NCBI GenBank assembly: GCA_041664925.1 | Contig: JBAYJV010000004.1 | Coordinates: 26,998 to 90,997, forward strand | Source: Minisyncoccota bacterium | GTDB lineage: Bacteria > Patescibacteriota > Minisyncoccia > JBAYJV01 | Reading direction: 5' to 3' | DNA: 64,000 nucleotides | Shown here: positions 20,504 through 30,290 of the stretch, one piece after another | Position numbering within the stretch: position 1 is the first letter of the stretch | Layout: every line of letters starts with the position of its first letter | Program-made: the position numbers and the translations under genes | The notes under the pieces: generated by a model | The model's database searches: none | What the model was told of the DNA's origin: nothing | Seen by the model: only the letters and a program-made list of their open reading frames with translations

Positions 20504-21376
20504 CTAATTAACTGTTTTGTGAGCAAAACGCAACTTTGCGCTTCTAGAGCTTGGATTGAATCTCTTTTCTAAAATTCCTGGTCGTACTGGTTTAGAATTT
20601 ATCACTTTGAGCTTAACAGAATTATTGAAGAAATTTTTTACTATTCTATCCTCCAAAGAATGATAAGTTATTACTGCGATAACACCATGACTATCGAGAA
20701 CATCAACGGCTTGGTTGAGTCCTTCTTTAAGATTTTCAAGTTCTTGATTAACTTCGATTCTGATTGCCTGAAAAGCCTTACGCAAAACATCTTTTTTTCT
20801 CTTCCCAGATATAGACGAAGAATAAATTAGGTCAACAAAATCTTGAGAAGTTTTAATGGGAATTTTTTTTCTATTTATTTCGATATAGCGAGCAAGGCTT
20901 CCGGCCTCCCTTATTTCTCCATAATTTTGAAAGATTCTTTCTATTTCCTTGCGCGACCAATTATTTAAAATATCAACCCCATTTGTTTTCAGATTTTCGT
21001 TAAACCTCATATCAAAAATCTCGTTTTTCTTAAAAGAAAAACCTCTCATAGATTCCTGATAGTGCCAAAGACAAGTTCCTAAATCGAAATAAATCCCATC
21101 AAATTTTATACCAGAACCAAATCCGCGAACCACTTCTCTTAAGTTACGATAATTATCATTTACCGTTATCAATCTTTTTTTGTAAGATACCAGCCTTTTT
21201 CGTGTCTTGCGAAACAAATCTCCGTCCCATTCTATGCCCAAGACCAAGCTTTTCTCGCTTCTACTAAGAATAGCTTCTGCATGACCTCCTTCCCCAAGAG
21301 TACAGTCAATGAAATTATTATTTTCTTTAAGATTCAAACAATCTAGTAACTCTCTTTCTAGTACTGGAATATGCAT
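20504..21376 (-). CDS. rsmH: 16S rRNA m4C1402 methyltransferase
   Basis: MHIPVL, DCTLGEGGHA, FQAIRIEVNQEL, HSLEDRIVK, RSAKLR. Confidence 0.96.
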   Translation of the reverse strand: MHIPVLERELLDCLNLKENNNFIDCTLGEGGHAEAILSRSEKSLVLGIEWDGDLFRKTRKRLVSYKKRLITVNDNYRNLREVVRGFGSGIKFDGIYFDLGTCLWHYQESMRGFSFKKNEIFDMRFNENLKTNGVDILNNWSRKEIERIFQNYGEIREAGSLARYIEINRKKIPIKTSQDFVDLIYSSSISGKRKKDVLRKAFQAIRIEVNQELENLKEGLNQAVDVLDSHGVIAVITYHSLEDRIVKNFFNNSVKLKVINSKPVRPGILEKRFNPSSRSAKLRFAHKTVN

Positions 21377-21396
21377 TATTATTTCGCACTTTCCTA

Positions 21397-21469
21397 ATTG
21401 TCGTCACTCCACAGCCTACTCCCATTTTTGGGAGTGACTGTGGCCTGTAGGCTGTAGAGTGATGACAAT
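21397..21469. repeat. Long inverted repeat between mraZ and rsmH
   Basis: attgtcgtcactccacagcctac / gtaggctgtagagtgatgacaat arms. Confidence 0.8.
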
Positions 21470-21480
21470 CGGTAATAAAT

Positions 21481-21915
21481 TTATATAACTTCAATTTCTC
21501 CTAGTTTTTCTGCAATATCATTGCTGTTTTTTTCGGTATTGGTCTTGTATTTAATCCATTTTTCTTCGCTCCAAATTTCTATTTTGTCAAAAAGACCAAC
21601 TATAACAGTTTTTTTATTTATACTTGCGTACTTTTTCAGATAATCTGGTACAACAACCCGTCCTTGTTTATCAAGCACCGTATCCATGGCTCCGGATAAC
21701 ATAAAGCGGCTAAATGCGCGACTATTGGCCTTAACAATAGAAAGCGATGAAAGTTTTTTTGCTAATTCCAACCATTCTTTTTTAGGATAAATCGTTAAGG
21801 CACTATCAAGTCCTCTCGTAATTACCGCACCATCGCCAAGCTTGGATCTAAACTTAGCTGGAATTGCTATTCTATTCTTAGTATCAAGATTGTGATGAAA
21901 TTCGCCTATGAACAT
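21481..21915 (-). CDS. mraZ: Division/cell wall cluster transcriptional repressor MraZ
   Basis: MFIGEFHHNLDTKNRIAIPAKFR, DKQGRVVVP, IEIWS. Confidence 0.96.
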   Translation of the reverse strand: MFIGEFHHNLDTKNRIAIPAKFRSKLGDGAVITRGLDSALTIYPKKEWLELAKKLSSLSIVKANSRAFSRFMLSGAMDTVLDKQGRVVVPDYLKKYASINKKTVIVGLFDKIEIWSEEKWIKYKTNTEKNSNDIAEKLGEIEVI

Positions 21916-21940
21916 ATAGTTATCAACAGTTTATTGGAGT

Positions 21941-21970
21941 TATCCCCACTTTTATCCACTTCTCCCCACT
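21941..21970 (-). promoter_or_regulatory. MraZ operator: three GTGG boxes at 10-bp spacing
   Basis: Minus strand agtggggaga-agtggataaa-agtggggata just upstream of mraZ. Confidence 0.85.
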
Positions 21971-22150
21971 TGCTTACTATTATACTGATTTTATTTACCA
22001 CGTCAAACCACTTTGTAAATATAAGATAAAAATAAAAATAGGCTTTGTCCAAGCCTTGATGGTATTGAGATTTTTCTATTTTTTGTTTTCTTAATTTACT
22101 TTTTTTACATCACTCTGTTGATAAGTTGTCCACAGGCACAGTTTATCTTG

Positions 22151-22246
22151 GTGGATTACCTAAAAATTCATTGGAACCAAATCATTCAAGAATTGGCGGT
22201 TTGGAGTCAATTGCAAACAGAGGCAAGTTTTGTTCTTAAGGTTTAA
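22151..22246 (+). other. Coding-like remnant or small ORF VDYLKIHWNQIIQELAVWSQLQTEASFVLKV
   Basis: Homologous to 28375-28464 with mostly synonymous differences. Confidence 0.6.
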
Positions 22247-22287
22247 TTTAATATATTTTACTCCCGCCATTCCATTTATTATTTCAT

Positions 22288-22917
22288 TTAGAAACTTTTT
22301 ATTATTTTGTATTTATTATCCTCAACCAGGATCGCTTCTTTATCGGTGAGAGTAATAATTTTATAGTCTTTATCTTCGTATTCTTCTATAATCTTTTCGT
22401 ATTTTGTCTTGTATTTTTCCTCTCCAAAATGAGGTAATATAACAAAATTTATAAGATTTAATCCTTCAAATGATTTAAGAGAAGGAGCTTTAGACGGATC
22501 ATCAAGGGTTTTTATGGGTTCGATAGTGGGGCAAACGAAAGTAGCTCCCGCACTGGAACCAACATAAATAATGCCTTTCTGAACTGATTCTTTTACTATC
22601 TCATCAAAACCGCTTTCTTTCGCTTTCTCTAGTAAATAAAAAGTGTTACCGCCTGCTACGAAGATAATATCAATACCTTTAAATTTATCTAATAATTCCT
22701 GTTTCCTATTTCCTTTTATATCTATCTCTTTTAGGTTGAACCCCCTTTCCTTAAGTTTATTGCGGTCATTATCCACGAACCATTTGTTCTCATACGGGTC
22801 AGCGGCAGTCGGAATAAAAGCAACTGTCAGTTCCTTTGGAGATTTAGAAAGAAATTCGATAAGTTTGTCTATTACATTAGATACTATCGAGGCAAGAAAT
22901 AATTTTCTTGTAGACAT
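22288..22917 (-). CDS. Peptidase E (S51) family / type 1 glutamine amidotransferase-like protein
   Basis: AFIPTAA, FVAGGNTFYLL, YVGSSAGA, ILPH. Confidence 0.9.
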   Translation of the reverse strand: MSTRKLFLASIVSNVIDKLIEFLSKSPKELTVAFIPTAADPYENKWFVDNDRNKLKERGFNLKEIDIKGNRKQELLDKFKGIDIIFVAGGNTFYLLEKAKESGFDEIVKESVQKGIIYVGSSAGATFVCPTIEPIKTLDDPSKAPSLKSFEGLNLINFVILPHFGEEKYKTKYEKIIEEYEDKDYKIITLTDKEAILVEDNKYKIIKSF

Positions 22918-22970
22918 AAATGGATTAAGATGGATTTATGGACGATGCAGGATTTGTCAGTCAATGTATT

Positions 22971-23047
22971 TGGTGCGCGTGGTCGGATTCGAACCAACGA
23001 CCTTTCGCATGTGAAGCGAACGCTCTAACCAACTGAGCTACACGCGC
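22971..23047 (-). tRNA. tRNA-Val(CAC), CCA encoded
   Basis: Loop TTCACAT, canonical cloverleaf. Confidence 0.93.
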
Positions 23048-23072
23048 ATTGTAAAAAAGAAACAGACACATA

Positions 23073-23150
23073 GCGCTCCCTGCCTGCCGGCAGGCAGGTA
23101 ACCCCGTCCCAAGGACGGTCGGTCTTGGACCGAAACTGAGCTAATCGTCC
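23073..23150 (-). pseudogene. 5' relic of another tRNA interrupted by two inserts; matching 3' relic at 22939-22956
   Basis: GGACGATTAGCTCAGTT..GGTTA..GAGCGC; 3' relic CAAATCCTGCATCGTCCA completes a 7-bp acceptor stem. Confidence 0.7.
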
Positions 23151-23163
23151 TCTTTTAATAAAC

Positions 23164-23868
23164 TTAAGCTCCGAATCTGCGCCCACGGCCAAGATAATCT
23201 TTTACTGCTTTTTTTAATTCTTTTTTTCCAAAACTCGGAAAAAATGTTGGTGTAAAATAATATTGAGAGTAGGCCGTATGCCACATCATAAAACCAGCGC
23301 TATTGTGCGGTTCTCCTCCTGTTCTGATTACTAAATCAACTGGAGGTAATTCGGAGGTCATTAATTTTTGCTGGATCGTGTTGTAATTAATTTCCGATTG
23401 GCCATTTTCCACTATTAACTTCACCCCTTCTATCATCTCTGATAAGCCGTCATAGTCAAAAAGAAAACTTAGGTGTTTACTTTTATGACTCTTGGTCGCC
23501 TCTATGAGATGTAATATACTGTTTTCTAATTTTTTTGGTACTGAATTTTTCCAAAAACCAATAATCCTAACCTTAACATCTTCTTCATAAATTTTTTTAT
23601 TTTTTAGTAACGATTCAAATGCTTTTTGAAAAAGTTCATACAAAAAACTTACTTCTTTCTTGCTTCTCTTTGCCAAATTATCCCTAGAAGCAATCCAGAA
23701 GGTCAAATAATCAATACCAAGATCGGCAGCTTCTCTTATGATTTCTTCAATTTTCTTTGAGCCTTCATCGTGTCCTTTCCATGATGGCAATCCTCTCTTT
23801 TTTGCCCAGCGACGATTGCCGTCAGGAATTATCGCAAGATGTCTTAATTTTAATTTACTGCTATTCAT
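23164..23868 (-). CDS. uppS: Undecaprenyl diphosphate synthase
   Basis: HLAIIPDGNRRWA, DLVIRTGGE, RRFGA. Confidence 0.94.
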   Translation of the reverse strand: MNSSKLKLRHLAIIPDGNRRWAKKRGLPSWKGHDEGSKKIEEIIREAADLGIDYLTFWIASRDNLAKRSKKEVSFLYELFQKAFESLLKNKKIYEEDVKVRIIGFWKNSVPKKLENSILHLIEATKSHKSKHLSFLFDYDGLSEMIEGVKLIVENGQSEINYNTIQQKLMTSELPPVDLVIRTGGEPHNSAGFMMWHTAYSQYYFTPTFFPSFGKKELKKAVKDYLGRGRRFGA

Positions 23869-24679
23869 TACTATATTTAATATTTACTTTCTGATAATTA
23901 AAATCTTTAATAAAGTTTTCATCTTCAAAAATATTGATCCTGGGATAAATATCCATTCTTGTAATCTCCTGACTTTTCAGGTTTGATTGCCATAAAATCT
24001 TAAAATCTCTTTTCTCTCTTGATTGGATATTTCCCAAATAGTTACTGCCAAGTTCTACTGGAGAATCATTTTTGTCGAAAAGAACTGCCATTATATCAAC
24101 GCTTCTTAGGTTATAGATAGAGTCATTGACTAGCCTACCGGAAAGCTCAAGATTAAAACGACCAACATTTATGTTTTGAACTGTTTTACTGAGAACTGAA
24201 AGAGTTGGATCCTTATAAATTGAAAACTTCTGCCATGATTCATTAGAAATCTTAAGTTCTATCTTATTTATTCCATCATTTCTATCCATATTTAGTTCAT
24301 ATAGGTATTTCGTTTGAGATGGAAGAATAAAGTCTTTGTTTTTACGAGAGACTATTTGTTCTCCATTCTCATTAAAACCAATAAATTCGTAATCAAAACT
24401 TGATATGCCATAAAGATTATTAGGATTGTGAATTAGTGCCAAAAAATTATCTTTGCCATTCCCCGATTGAACTTTCTTTATCCATAATATTTCTATTTTA
24501 TCGAGACTTTCACAAGTAACAGAACAAACACCACCACAATCAATGCCTTCTTCTTGTTCATCTTTTATTTGATTATAACAATTGTCATTATTTAATCCTC
24601 TGTAAATAAAAAATATAACGATTAATATTAAAATCGTAAAAACTAAAATTATCCAAAATATTTTTTTATTTTTAATCAT
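23861..24679 (-). CDS. Membrane-anchored hypothetical protein
   Basis: N-terminal TM, CYNQIKD..EEGIDCGGVC Cys motif, beta-rich body. Confidence 0.75.
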   Translation of the reverse strand: MIKNKKIFWIILVFTILILIVIFFIYRGLNNDNCYNQIKDEQEEGIDCGGVCSVTCESLDKIEILWIKKVQSGNGKDNFLALIHNPNNLYGISSFDYEFIGFNENGEQIVSRKNKDFILPSQTKYLYELNMDRNDGINKIELKISNESWQKFSIYKDPTLSVLSKTVQNINVGRFNLELSGRLVNDSIYNLRSVDIMAVLFDKNDSPVELGSNYLGNIQSREKRDFKILWQSNLKSQEITRMDIYPRINIFEDENFIKDFNYQKVNIKYSNE

Positions 24680-24762
24680 TTCAGTGAAAACAAAGAAACT
24701 GAAAACTGATTAAATTTTAAGCTTAGAAGATATAAAAGTCAATTAAAAAAAGCCCTAAAATT

Positions 24763-24878
24763 GCTTGGCAACAACCTACTCTCCCACCCTTAATAGGACA
24801 GTACCATAGGCGCTGGCAGGCTTGACTTCCGTGTTCGGAATGGTAACGGGTATTTCCCTGTCGCTATAGCCACCAAGC
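24763..24878 (-). rRNA. rrf: 5S rRNA
   Basis: CCGTTACCATTCCGAACACGGAAGTCAAG core; terminal stem; downstream of 23S. Confidence 0.93.
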
Positions 24879-24919
24879 AATTTTAAGACTCTTTTTTTTG
24901 TTAAAGTTAGGGGCGTCAT

Positions 24920-27900
24920 CACCTTCGGTTAATTAGTACTTCTTGGCTAAAATCTTCGCAGATCTTACACCTGAAGCCTATTATTCCACCAGAGGTGGAT
25001 ACCTGGTAATCTTCCAGGAACCTTAATGATACTTAATCTTGAGTTAGGTTTCGCACTTAGATGCTTTCAGTGCTTATCCTTTCCCGACGATAGCTACCCA
25101 GCCATGTCCTTGGCAGGACAACTGGTACACCAGAGGTCGGTTCCTTACGGTCCTCTCGTACTAGTAAGGAGTTCTCTCAAGTATCGACGCCTACGGCAGA
25201 TAGGAGACCAACCTGTCTTGCGACGGTCTGAACCCAGCTCGCGTATCTTTTTAATTGGCGAACAGCCAAACCCTTGGGACCTTCTCCAGCCCCAGGATAA
25301 GATGAGCCGACATCGAGGTGCCGAACAGGGTCGTCGATTTGGACTCTCGGACCCTACTAGCCTGTTATCCCCAGAGTAACTTTTATCTGTTAATCTTCCG
25401 CCTTTCTATTAAGGGCGGTCGGTTCACTAAGTTCTGCTTTCGCAATAGCTCGACTAATAAGTCTCGCTATAAAGCTGGCTTATAGCTTTACCCTATCCTC
25501 GCCGTTTCCATCGGCAAGTAGCCAACCTTAATAAGCTCCACCGTTACTTTTTTGGTGGAAAGTGCCCCACTTAAACTACCCGCCTAATACTGTTCCCCAC
25601 TATGTGAGGTTAGAACTATTATTTTGAAAGAGTGGTATTTCACTGGCGACTCCATCCCAACCGAAATCAGGACTTCAAAGTCTCCCACATATTCTACGCA
25701 TCCAAAACAAAAGCTCAATATCAAGTTGCAGTAAAGCTTCTGGGGTCTTTTCGTCTAGCCGTAGGTAATCGGCATCTTCACCGATATTGCAATTTCACCG
25801 AGCTCCTCGTTGAGACAGTTCTCCAGTCGTGACGCCATTCATGCGAGACAGAAGTTACCTGCCAAGGTATTTCGCTACCTTAGGACGATTATAGTTATCG
25901 CCGTCGTTCACTGGCGCTTACATCACGAGCCTTGCCCATAAGGACAAAACAAGCGATGCTTGACGTTCCAGCACTGGACAGGCGTCAGCCCCTATACTTC
26001 CTATTACTAGTTCGCAGAGACCTGTGTTTTTGATAAACAGTCGCCGGAGATCATTTGCTGTGGCCCCGATAAATCGGGGCAGGTCTTATCCCTAAGTTAC
26101 GACCACTTTTTTGCCTAGTTCCTTAACGAGGAATCACTCGTTCGCCTTCCCACTTTTATGGGAACCCACCTGTTTCGGATTTAAGTACGAATCCTATTTG
26201 TCTAATCTGAGAAGTTTTTCTTGGAAGCCTGCTCGCTCTACTTCCCCTGGCCGAGGCCAGAGTTCGATTCACTCCTTTGATTTGTCATTAAAGACAGTTT
26301 CCCGGATTTGCCTAAGAAACAATCCTTAGAGAAAAAACGCGAATCCAATAACGCGCTAGAGTTACTAAACTTCGTCACTCCATCGAAACAAATAGGAGGG
26401 CCGGAATATTAACCGGCTGTCCATCCCCTATACCCTCTCGGGTTAAGAGTTAGGATCGCCTAACCCTTGGCTGAAGTTCATTGCCAAGGAAACCTTGGGT
26501 TTTCGGCGGTCCGATTTCTCATCGGACTTGTGGTTACTCATGCCAACATTCTCACTTCCGTCCTCTCCATCGAACTTTACAGTTCAACTTCACTGTGAAC
26601 GGAACGCTTCCCTACCGCCCAGCAAAAATGCTGGGCCCACATCTTCGGTATTAAGCTTAGCCCCGTGAATCTTCGACGCATTCTGCCACCTCCGGCAAGC
26701 CGGAGTTCGAATGGTGAGTTGTTACACACTCCTTAGATGATTGCTACTTCTGAGCAAACATCCCATCTGTCTATGGCAAAATACTTCCTTCCTCACTTAG
26801 CTTAAATTTTGGGACCTTAGATGGTGGTCTAGGCTGTTTCCTTCTTGAGCACGGAGCTTAGCCCCCATGCTCTTACTGCCCCATAATTATTTCTGGCATT
26901 CGGAGTTTGTTTGGATGCAGTAGGAAAAATCCATCCACACCCATTCAGTGCTCTACCTCCAGAAACGTAAATGAGACGCTAGCCCTAAAGCTATTTCGGG
27001 AAGAACCAGCTATTACCAAGCTCGATAAGCTTTTCACTGCTAACCACAGATCATCCCACTTTATTGCACAGAAGACGGGTTCGGACCTCCTCCGCCTTTT
27101 ACAGCGAATTCATCCTGTCCATGGTTAGATCGCCTGGCTTCGGGTCTGTTGCTAACAACCGTGAACGCCATTTTAAGACTCGCTTTCGCTATGACTACCC
27201 CCACACTTTGCGCTCCATTTTTTTAGTATGAAATGCAAGGCGCGGGGTTAATCAAGCTGTTAACAACAACTCGTTGGCTCGTTCTACAAAAAGCACGCCG
27301 TCAGGGCGTAGAATAAATCTGCACCCCTCCGACTCATTGTAGGTATATAGTTTCATGTTCTATTTCACCGCCCTCACCGGGCTACTTTTCACCTTTCCCT
27401 CGCGGTACTAGTTCACTATAGATCATCAAGAGTATTTAGCCTTACCTGATAGTACAGGTAGATTCCTCCAGTTTCAGGCCGGAGTACTCAAGAATGACAA
27501 CCAGAAGTATATAGCCGTTTTCGTCTACGGGACTTTCACCCTCTTTGGTGGCTCTTTCCAGAGACCTTTGACTAACGAAGCTATATAAGCTCCTCGTGAA
27601 AAAATCACATTGTTATCATCTTACGACCCCCCAACGAAAACGTTGAGGTTTGGGCTGTTCCCTTTTCGCTCGCCGCTACTTGGGGAATACTTCGCTTCGC
27701 ACATTTTATCAAAACTTACTGAAATCTACGCTGAGAAACGCTGAAAAAATATATTATCTGCATTAATCGGCGTAGTCATCAGTATGAATTTGAAATGCGA
27801 AGTTATTTTTGGTTTCTTTTCCTCTGGCTACTAAGATGTTTCACTTCGCCAGGTTACCTTCCCAACATAAATGTCGGGATAATGGCCTTTAAGGCCATTG

Positions 27901-28026
27901 GGTTGCCCCATTCGGAAATCCTCGGATCACAGATTGCTCAGCATCTCACCGAGGCTTTTCGCAGCTATGCCACGTCCTTCATAGGCTCTTGATGTCAGGG
28001 AATCCACTATACACCCTTAGTTGGTG
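24920..28026 (-). rRNA. rrl: 23S rRNA with several insertions (ends approximate)
   Basis: Conserved PTC and SRL sequences; flanking processing stem 24901-24923 with 28023-28045. Confidence 0.96.
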
Positions 28027-28287
28027 ATGACACCTCTAACTTTAACATTTGATTTTGATTACCTAATATAGATTTTTAAAGTACATTTCCAAGAAAAATC
28101 TTTTATTTCAAATAAAGGACTTTTCTTGGGAAATCAGGGTAACTTAAAAGCCGCTCATTTTTCACAAACACGGGCGGCTTGAACAAACACACTAACGATC
28201 AACTAACTAGCCGCTCGATTAAGGTTTATTTAATTGCCTGATTTTTAACACTATTTTCCAAACAAGCTAAAAATACTTGTACAACAC

Positions 28288-28315
28288 ATTATATATCCAC
28301 AATTTTTCTTGTCAA
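28288..28315 (-). promoter_or_regulatory. Sigma70 promoter of the 23S-5S unit
   Basis: TTGACA-N16-TATAAT; boxA-like GTACTTTAAAAA near 28073-28084. Confidence 0.85.
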
Positions 28316-28374
28316 GCCCCGCCAATACTATCAGTGGATATTATGTGTATATTATTTTAAATAAATCGTTTTGA

Positions 28375-28464
28375 GTGGACCACTTGAAAATTCATTGGAA
28401 TCAAATCGTCCAAGAGTTGGCGGTTTGGGGTCAGTTACGAACAGAAACTGCTTTTGTTAATTAA
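28375..28464 (+). other. Coding-like remnant or small ORF VDHLKIHWNQIVQELAVWGQLRTETAFVN
   Basis: Homologous to 22151-22246. Confidence 0.6.
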
Positions 28465-28538
28465 TTTATCAAAATGGTTTACTAAATTCTACACCAAAAC
28501 TTGCTTCGGCGAACAATTATAAAGCTTCACTTGTTTCT

Positions 28539-30194
28539 CTATAAATAATGCCTAGACAAAAACCAAACTGGAATAATTCCCAATATAAATAAGCTTGCAA
28601 TACTCCAAAATGATAATGCCGCAAATAAACATAAAAAGACTAAAGAAAACGAAAAAGTAACGCTCGTTTTTGGTTTTCCTTTTGCGTCCCAACGTAAAAA
28701 TAGATAAAAACCAAGTAGTGTAAAAATATTACTAAGCCCAATCAACGCATATTTTATAAAATTTCGGTAATAGATTAATCCTATAATTCCACCCGCTAAG
28801 AAAGACAAGATGAAAGTAAGAAATATATAAAGAAAAATATTAAAGACAAGGGAAGTCTTAGAATTGTCTAGCCAATTAGAAATATGTAACATTAAAGAAA
28901 TTTTTAAGGGCGAGCCTTCTTTCATCCATAAATCTTTTTTAAGCGATTGAGCTGGAGCATTAATAGTTATTTTTGTGTAGTTAACATTTTTATTTTCATA
29001 AAACTCATTTAATTCTTTAGAGGGTGTAAATATTGTATCGTTAACATTTTTTTCTTGATCATTTTCAAGCCGATCAAACACCCAAGCCCTTCCCGCTCCC
29101 GACATTATTGCTATTTCATAATTGTCTTTATCGCCATGGAATAAAAAGGGTGATAAGCAGTATTTTTCCATATCTTTAATGAAATTTTTAGCGTCAGATC
29201 CATTATTTGGATCATTGCTTAAATCTTCTAATGAAGAAGGGAAGGAATTATAATTTCCATGATACAGCTCAAGTGACGACTTAAGACGATATATAGAAGA
29301 TCGGCACCAACGATCAAGATAGTCGGTTTGCATGTCTAAAAAATACTCTACTTTTGTGTATGGCTTTATTTCTGAAAAAATCTCTGGCTTAACATGTCCA
29401 AAAATTCTAATTGTCATCGGTACTTGTTTTTCACCATATATACTAGTAGGGATTAAAGGATAATAAATTTTTTGTGTAGGGAAAGCGATAAAAATACCTC
29501 TTTGTTTATCATCATTATTTAGGTTCTTAGATGAAAGCCAGGAAACCACAAAAACATAGTCTTGATTCATATACGAGCTTAGTGTTGTCATGTCCCCCTG
29601 TTTCACTTTTAGGCCTTTATTAGAAAGGTAATTATATAAGGATTCAGTTTTTTGGGCTGTGATTGTTTCCATTATCATACCATTTTTCTCTATGTGTTGA
29701 TTTACGGAAATAAAATCTCCTGACGTTGATCCAGTGCCTGATCCACCACGAGCACTTGTAAGCGATGTCCCGACCACAACAACTGGAAAAAAAGACCAAA
29801 ATTGACTAGTTGCACTTATAAAAAATAAGTTTTTGAGTGATCTTGAAAGTGCAAGTTTTATCTTAGACATAACTTCATAACCTCCGAAAACTGGTATCTC
29901 AGACATAATATTCATTTTTATCTCTTTTGCTTTTCCAGGGATAGGCATTATCCACACAGTATCAGAATTTTGTTCATCAATATCTACCACTACGACCAGT
30001 TTTTCTTGTCCATTTTGGTAATTAATAAAGGCTTCCTGATTATTTTCATCGGCTAGCACTAAATCACCATTAGGTAAGCGTCTATGTGCATAGCCATCGC
30101 CATTGGCACAAAAAGGAGAGCTTAATAAAGTTATTATGAATAAAGAAATGATAAGTTTTTTAATCATTATGATTTTATTTACTTTTATGCTCAT
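28539..30194 (-). CDS. Secreted/membrane hypothetical protein (DUF2330-like N-terminus, pilin-like insert, C-terminal TMs)
   Basis: Signal peptide, QEAFINYQNGQEKL..VWIMPIP, LELYHGNYNSFPSSLEDL, hydrophobic tail. Confidence 0.65.
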   Translation of the reverse strand: MSIKVNKIIMIKKLIISLFIITLLSSPFCANGDGYAHRRLPNGDLVLADENNQEAFINYQNGQEKLVVVVDIDEQNSDTVWIMPIPGKAKEIKMNIMSEIPVFGGYEVMSKIKLALSRSLKNLFFISATSQFWSFFPVVVVGTSLTSARGGSGTGSTSGDFISVNQHIEKNGMIMETITAQKTESLYNYLSNKGLKVKQGDMTTLSSYMNQDYVFVVSWLSSKNLNNDDKQRGIFIAFPTQKIYYPLIPTSIYGEKQVPMTIRIFGHVKPEIFSEIKPYTKVEYFLDMQTDYLDRWCRSSIYRLKSSLELYHGNYNSFPSSLEDLSNDPNNGSDAKNFIKDMEKYCLSPFLFHGDKDNYEIAIMSGAGRAWVFDRLENDQEKNVNDTIFTPSKELNEFYENKNVNYTKITINAPAQSLKKDLWMKEGSPLKISLMLHISNWLDNSKTSLVFNIFLYIFLTFILSFLAGGIIGLIYYRNFIKYALIGLSNIFTLLGFYLFLRWDAKGKPKTSVTFSFSLVFLCLFAALSFWSIASLFILGIIPVWFLSRHYL

Positions 30195-30290
30195 ATTTTA
30201 CCACAGAACTTTAATTTACAGATGTGCATAATACTAAAGTCACGGATGGGCAAAGCAAAAAGCCACGACCAGTGTGGCTTACAAGAATTT

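Noticed and set aside
21916-22140. Replication origin
   Set aside because: Only three imperfect DnaA boxes, no dnaA/dnaN nearby; the evenly spaced repeats fit MraZ boxes better
25026-27992. ORFs within the 23S gene
   Set aside because: Antisense translations of conserved rRNA; no homing endonuclease motifs
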